Origin: Mesotaenium endlicherianum
Lineage: Eukaryota
Assembly: GCA_009602735.1 (NCBI GenBank)
Contig: WELA01001939.1
Span: 484,846 to 548,845 of the forward strand
Direction: 5' to 3'
Length of the DNA stretch: 64,000 nucleotides
Shown here: positions 59,154 to 64,000 of the stretch, in pieces
Layout of the letters: the number at the start of each line of letters is the position of its first letter
Position numbering within the stretch: position 1 is the first letter of the stretch
Program-made: the position numbers and the translations under genes
The notes under the pieces: model-generated
What the model was told of the DNA's origin: nothing
Database searches by the model: none
What the model saw: only the letters and a program-made list of their open reading frames with translations

Positions 59154-62100
59154 TCATTTTTTCCTCTTTCTTGTTCTTCCAAGCTGCCTCCAAGGGGTCT
59201 TCTGCTGCTTCTTGATGGTGGCAGGCTGCCTCCCTGAAGTTGTCGAGCTTCTAGTAGAGAGACTTGGGGCTGGTCCAAGATGGGGGTTGGCGGCATGGAA
59301 GCGCTTCAACTTTCTTTGAACTTTGTCAAGATAGTGCGCCGCCACCCAACTATTTTCCGAATCTTGATATCCCTTCCACTTGATCAAGTATTGCTGCTGT
59401 CTCCTGAAATTTCTCATAGCCATTATGTCTTTCACTTCGTACTCCAAATGATCATCCACTATTGTTGGGGCTAATGGGGTCGTCACACGACCTGGGAACT
59501 TGTTGTCGGGTTGCACATATGGCTTGAAGAGGGAAGCGTGGAATACGGGATCGATGTGCATAGTCTGGGGAAGTTCTAGCTTGAAAGCAACGGGGTCGAC
59601 TTGCTCGATAATCTTGAAGAGTCCCAAATACTTGGGAGAGAACTTGCTGCCGGCAAGCCTGTTGTTCAGGGAAATGTTCTTGGATGATAGTAACACGTTG
59701 TCACCCACTCTGTACGTAATTTCTCTTCTGGATCTGTTCACCACTCTTGCTTGAGCATCTTGCGCGTGTTGTAGAGCTTTCTTCGCTGCTGTAAGGGCTG
59801 CTTTAAATGTCTCCATAAAATCTGTGTCTGCAGATACTTCATCATGGCCAGTCGTGAAGCTCAGTGGCGCGGTCGGACGGAAGCCATAGTTGAAGAAGAA
59901 TGGGGACTCTTGGGTTGAGGCTTGCGTAGTGTTGTTGTAGGCAAACTCCAAGGGGGTCACGTACATGTCCCAGTCTTGCTCCAGGTGAGACACATAGGCC
60001 TTTAGAGAGGTCTTTAGGGTACAATTCATACGCTCAATTTGCCCATCTGATTGCGGGTGGTAGGCGGTAGACATATCCAGCGATGTACCCAAGTTCTTGA
60101 AGAGATTTTTCCAGAAATGGCTTGTGAATCTTGAATCTCTATCCGACACAATTCTTGATGGTAGTCCATGGAGTCGGAAGATGTTGTCAAAGATGAGTCT
60201 TGCAAGTTGTGGTGCTGTAGCCTTAGTCGTCGTGGGAATAAAATGAGCCATCTTGGTAAGTCTGTCCACCACCGTGAGTATTGCATTATGGCCTCGAGGT
60301 GTCACGGGCAGGTCCACGATAAGGTCCATTGAGATGTCCGTCCATTGTCTTTCGGGGATTGGTAGTGGTTGGAGGAGTCCTCCCGCCTTTTGCGATGATG
60401 GCTTGATTCTTTGGCATGTGTCACAGCTCCTGCAGTACTCCTTGACTTGCTTAGACATGCCTGGCCAACAATAAGTCCTAGCTAGAACGCCCGTGGTCCT
60501 TAGGATTCCAAAGTGTCCTCCAAGAGGGTTGTCGTGTGCTTCTCGTAGAAGCAAGAGTCGGAGGTCTAAGTCATTAGGAACACATCTCTGGTGTGATGAA
60601 TCAGTATATTAGTAGATATAACATTCATTTAAATACACTAGTTAATCATGTTCAGCCTGCTGAACTCTAGTTTAATAATCAGTTTGCTGGACTTTATATT
60701 TAATAGCAGTTTAATGACTCAGCCGGAAGCAGCAGGTTGAAGTCAACTTAAGTCAGCTTGCTGACACATTCTTTGACAGCCAGCTGACTTCCGTACTCGG
60801 TAGCAGCAAATTGCCTCAATATGCATCTAAGTATGATAGGCTAGATGAATGGCCAGATGACATCCCCATGATGGATGGCAATTCGGGATGATGGGAGATG
60901 GCGGTGGATTTGGTTAACCGAGATCCTACCAACGTGGTTAACTCCCGGGTAGGCGGTGCCATCGCACTGGCCGTTGAACAGTAAACTCATTCCATGTACA
61001 TATGCAAGGATTGCTCCCGAGTTCGGCATTCGGAAACGAGGCCAACTCTCTTGTACAGCTTACTGAGAGGAATCTGAATCCAAGGCGAGAAGCCATTGAT
61101 ACGCACTGTCTTCTAACCTTGCTTATGTATGAGTTTACTAAGTGCATTATTGATGCTAGTTTACTCGCATTTGATTTACGAGTATTGTTCGCTGCTAGTG
61201 TGTTGTCCTTTGTCGTTTAATCAGTTAACGGAAAATCCATAAAGATTACTTGCTGATATAAAGATCTTTATTAATTGTTAATCGCCTATTTGGTAAGTCG
61301 ATTTATTTCATCTGGCCCGTGTCTTGCCTCACCCAATAATTGCCTTCTTGCTTCTTGTATGGGTCCAAGACTGCTTCTCTGTTCTTGTAGTAAGGTTCTC
61401 TTTCATAGCCGGCTGAAAATTGAGCCTCCAGATCTGTCTTCAGGGATGTTATCACTGCGTTTAATTGCAGTCTTGAGAGGGGGTCAGCCGGGTTTGTCTT
61501 GCCGGGCTGGTACTGAAATGTGATGTTGTATTGTTGCAAGTATCCGCTCCATCTTGCTTGTCTCCTTGAGAGATACGGCTGCGTCTGAAGGTGCTTTAAC
61601 GCCTCGTGGTCCGTGGTGACCAGTACCTTGCGTCCTTCAACATAGCAGCGCCAAACCTTCAAGGCATGTACAATTGCCAATGCCTCTCGCTCCGTGGTTG
61701 TATAATTTTGCTCGGCTGGAATTAGCTTTCTTGACTCGTAGGCAATGGGCTGCAGTCCCTTGCCTTGGTCTTGAAGCAGGATTGCTCCAATTGCTTAGGA
61801 AGATGCATCGGTGATGACGTGGAAGGGCCAATCTGGGTTTGGACTTGGGAGTGTGAGCACCGGGGATGTCGTCAATCTTTGTTTCAGTTGTTGGATTGCT
61901 TCCTCCTCTTTCTTGGTCCAAACATATGGCTTGTCTTTCTTCAGTAGATCCGTGAGAGGGGCTGCTATGTGTGAGAAGCTCTGGATGAATCTCCTGTACC
62001 AATTGGCAAATCCCAAGAATGATTGGAGTTCTTTCTTGGTCGTGGGGGTTGGCCACTCCTCCACCACCGTGGTCTTCTTGGGGTCCATCTTGATGCCATC

Positions 62101-63487
62101 AGCAGTCACGTGGAGACCTAGGAACTCCACTTCTTGTTTGGCAAACTCGCACTTTGACTCCTTCGCAAATAGCTTGTTTTGCTTCAATACTTCAAGGACT
62201 TCTTTCAAGTGTCTCGCATGCTCTTCAAGGGTCTTGCTGTAGATAAGGATGTCATCGATGAATACCACCACAAATCTGTCCAACATGGGCTGAAATATGG
62301 TGTTCATCATAGTCATGAAAGTTGCTGGCGCGTTGGTGAGTCCAAATGGCAGGACCATGAACTCAAAATGTCCATATCTTGTCCTGAATGCCGTCTTCTC
62401 TATGTCCGGTTCTGCGATGCGAATCTGGTGGTAGCCGCTCCGTAAGTCAATCTTCGTGAAGTACTTGGCTCCAACCAGCCGGTCCATGAGCTCATCCATG
62501 CGCGGCAGCGGGTATCGATTCTTGATGGTGATCTTGTTGAGGGCGCGATAGTCCACACACATCCTCAAGGTACCATCTTTCTTCTTGACAAATAGCACCG
62601 GGGCTCCAAATGGCGACTTGCTAGGTCGAATGAAGCCATGCTCCAGTAGCTCCTTGATTTGCTTCTTGACTTCGTCTAGCTCCGTGTATGACATTTTGAA
62701 CGTAGGCCGAGAGATGGGCTTGCTTCCGGGCTCCAACTCTATCTTGTGGTCTACGAATCTTTTGGGGGGTAGGCCCTTGGGCAATTCCGGGGAGAACACT
62801 TCTTTGTAGTCCTCTAAGACTTCTTGTATCTCCTTGGGAACGGGGCTGCCTTCTTGACTCTCGATGTCTTTCTTGATGTCTTTTGGCGTGATCAAGGCCA
62901 AAAGAAGCTCGTGTCCCTTCCTCACAAGTCTCTTGAGTTGGAGGGCGGACAATAGTATCTCGTGTGCCGGCTTCTGGATGTCTTGGGTCTGGATATTCTG
63001 GATTGCGCGCAAAATACAGATTCTTGAAGTGATGTCATTCTTGATCTTGATAGTACCGGTCCTCCAATCAACTTGGGGGTTGTGCTTGGTCAACCAAGGC
63101 GTCCCTAGGATGACGTCGTACTTGCCCAATTGCATGGGGGAGAACACTACTCTATCCTTGAAGGACTTGATAGAGAGTGCCAAGGGGTACGTCTTCTTGG
63201 AAGGGGTAGTATAGGAGAATCCATCGGGCATCATAATCTCCTCGTCGTGGTCAAGAGTTCGCATAGTAATACCGTGCTTGGTGGCAAAATCTGCAGCAAT
63301 GAAGTTGCCTTGAGCTCCGCTATCCACCAAGATGTGGACCTTCTCTCCTCCAAGGTAACCTCTCAAACTCGTTGGGGCTAGAACGTCGTCTTCAACGGGG
63401 GTCTCCACCTCACTTGGCTTGTTGCCTTCTCGTGAAGTGGGTCTTGGGGTGGTAGGCTCCTGGCCTACAGGCGCTGTCCATTTTTTG
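59154..63487 (-). pseudogene. pol: pol of A2 (PR-RT-RH-IN-chromodomain), one stop plus a solo-LTR insertion
   Basis: 61795-63408 (LVDSGA, FIDD, TDAS then TAA), 61303-61680 (RNase H) and 59154-60554 (IN, chromodomain, basic tail). Confidence 0.92.
60592..61310 (+). mobile_element. Solo LTR, family B, inserted antisense in A2 pol
   Basis: TGTGATGAATC...GATTTATTTCA with perfect TSD TCTGG (60587-60591 and 61311-61315). Reverse complement of the B1/B2 LTRs. Confidence 0.95.
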
Positions 63488-63719
63488 ACAACTTTTTAGG
63501 ACATGAGAGTGCACGATGGCCCTTTTCCTTGCAATAAAAGCATAGTCTAGCCGTCATGAGAGCTTCTTTTTCAGCCGGGGAGAGTCTTGCTTTCACTCCT
63601 TGCTGGTTTCTTGCATCATAAGTGTCATTAGAGGGTCTTCCACTCTTTTGGGCAGCCNNNNNNNNNNNNNNNNNAGGGCTTCCTTCGAAAGCTTGCTGTT
63701 GGTCTTGAGGATCGGCCAT
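63465..63719 (-). pseudogene. gag: gag of A2, mostly hidden by an assembly gap
   Basis: MADPQDQQ start and CFYCKEKGHRALSC end, joined across 17 Ns. Confidence 0.8.
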
Positions 63720-63756
63720 CTTCTTGTGCTACCAAAGTGCCTAGCTCCAGGAAGGG

Positions 63757-64000
63757 TGTAGTGAAACAGATAGATAAAGTACTTAGTAAAATAGAATACT
63801 TTATCTATTCAAGACAAGGATCTTTGAACACAAGTGGTAGCTTCTTGAAAGAGAGATGGCTTCTTGAAAGTTAATATATTTCTGGATTTTGGCAAGTACA
63901 AGAGTGATTCTGGAATGTCTTTCTATGTTCTAGCTCTTGTTTATATACTTGCTACATAAGTAATTTCTAGGAAGGTGTATGTTGATGTGTTGGCACCCAA
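63757..64000 (-). repeat. 5' LTR of A2 (partial)
   Basis: Near-identical to 57901-58143. Confidence 0.92.

Larger units (their letters stand above)
57901..64000 (-). mobile_element. Ty3/gypsy chromovirus, family A copy 2 (5' LTR runs off window)
   Basis: 3' LTR 57901-58400, PPT GGGGGGGTGA (58401-58410), pol with chromodomain, gag interrupted by an N gap (63658-63674), and 5' LTR from 63757. Confidence 0.95.

Noticed and set aside
63658..63674. Apparent ~1-kb internal deletion of A2 gag
   Set aside because: It coincides with a run of Ns, so it is an assembly gap rather than demonstrable biology.

Overview
Eukaryotic (plant-lineage, probably streptophyte green alga; inferred from protein similarity and intron style) nuclear DNA. 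Bases ~1-31.9 kb are a deeply nested cluster of Ty3/gypsy chromovirus LTR retrotransposons from four LTR families (called A-D here). Most nesting layers are resolved by target-site duplications (TSDs). The cluster holds one apparently intact element, B1 (13417-22287, minus strand, TSD TTAGC), inserted into an older copy of the same family, B2 (10026-27809, TSD CCTGG). Bases ~34-55 kb carry two intron-rich host genes with microsatellite-filled introns, a calcineurin-like metallophosphoesterase and RAD51B, separated by a non-autonomous Mutator-like element. A second family-A chromovirus begins at 57.9 kb and runs off the window. The most unusual feature is in family B. Downstream of pol, in the retroviral env position and in sense orientation, it carries a 558-aa ORF that I do not recognise and that has no signal peptide or transmembrane segment. 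Sampled differences between the two copies are mostly synonymous. The ORF is preceded by a TACTAAC branch point and a CAG|G-ATG acceptor, has candidate donors nearby and in U5, and sits between two identical copies of the polypurine tract (PPT). This looks like an accessory-gene cassette expressed from a spliced RNA. Both A and B also show -1 ribosomal frameshift signals.
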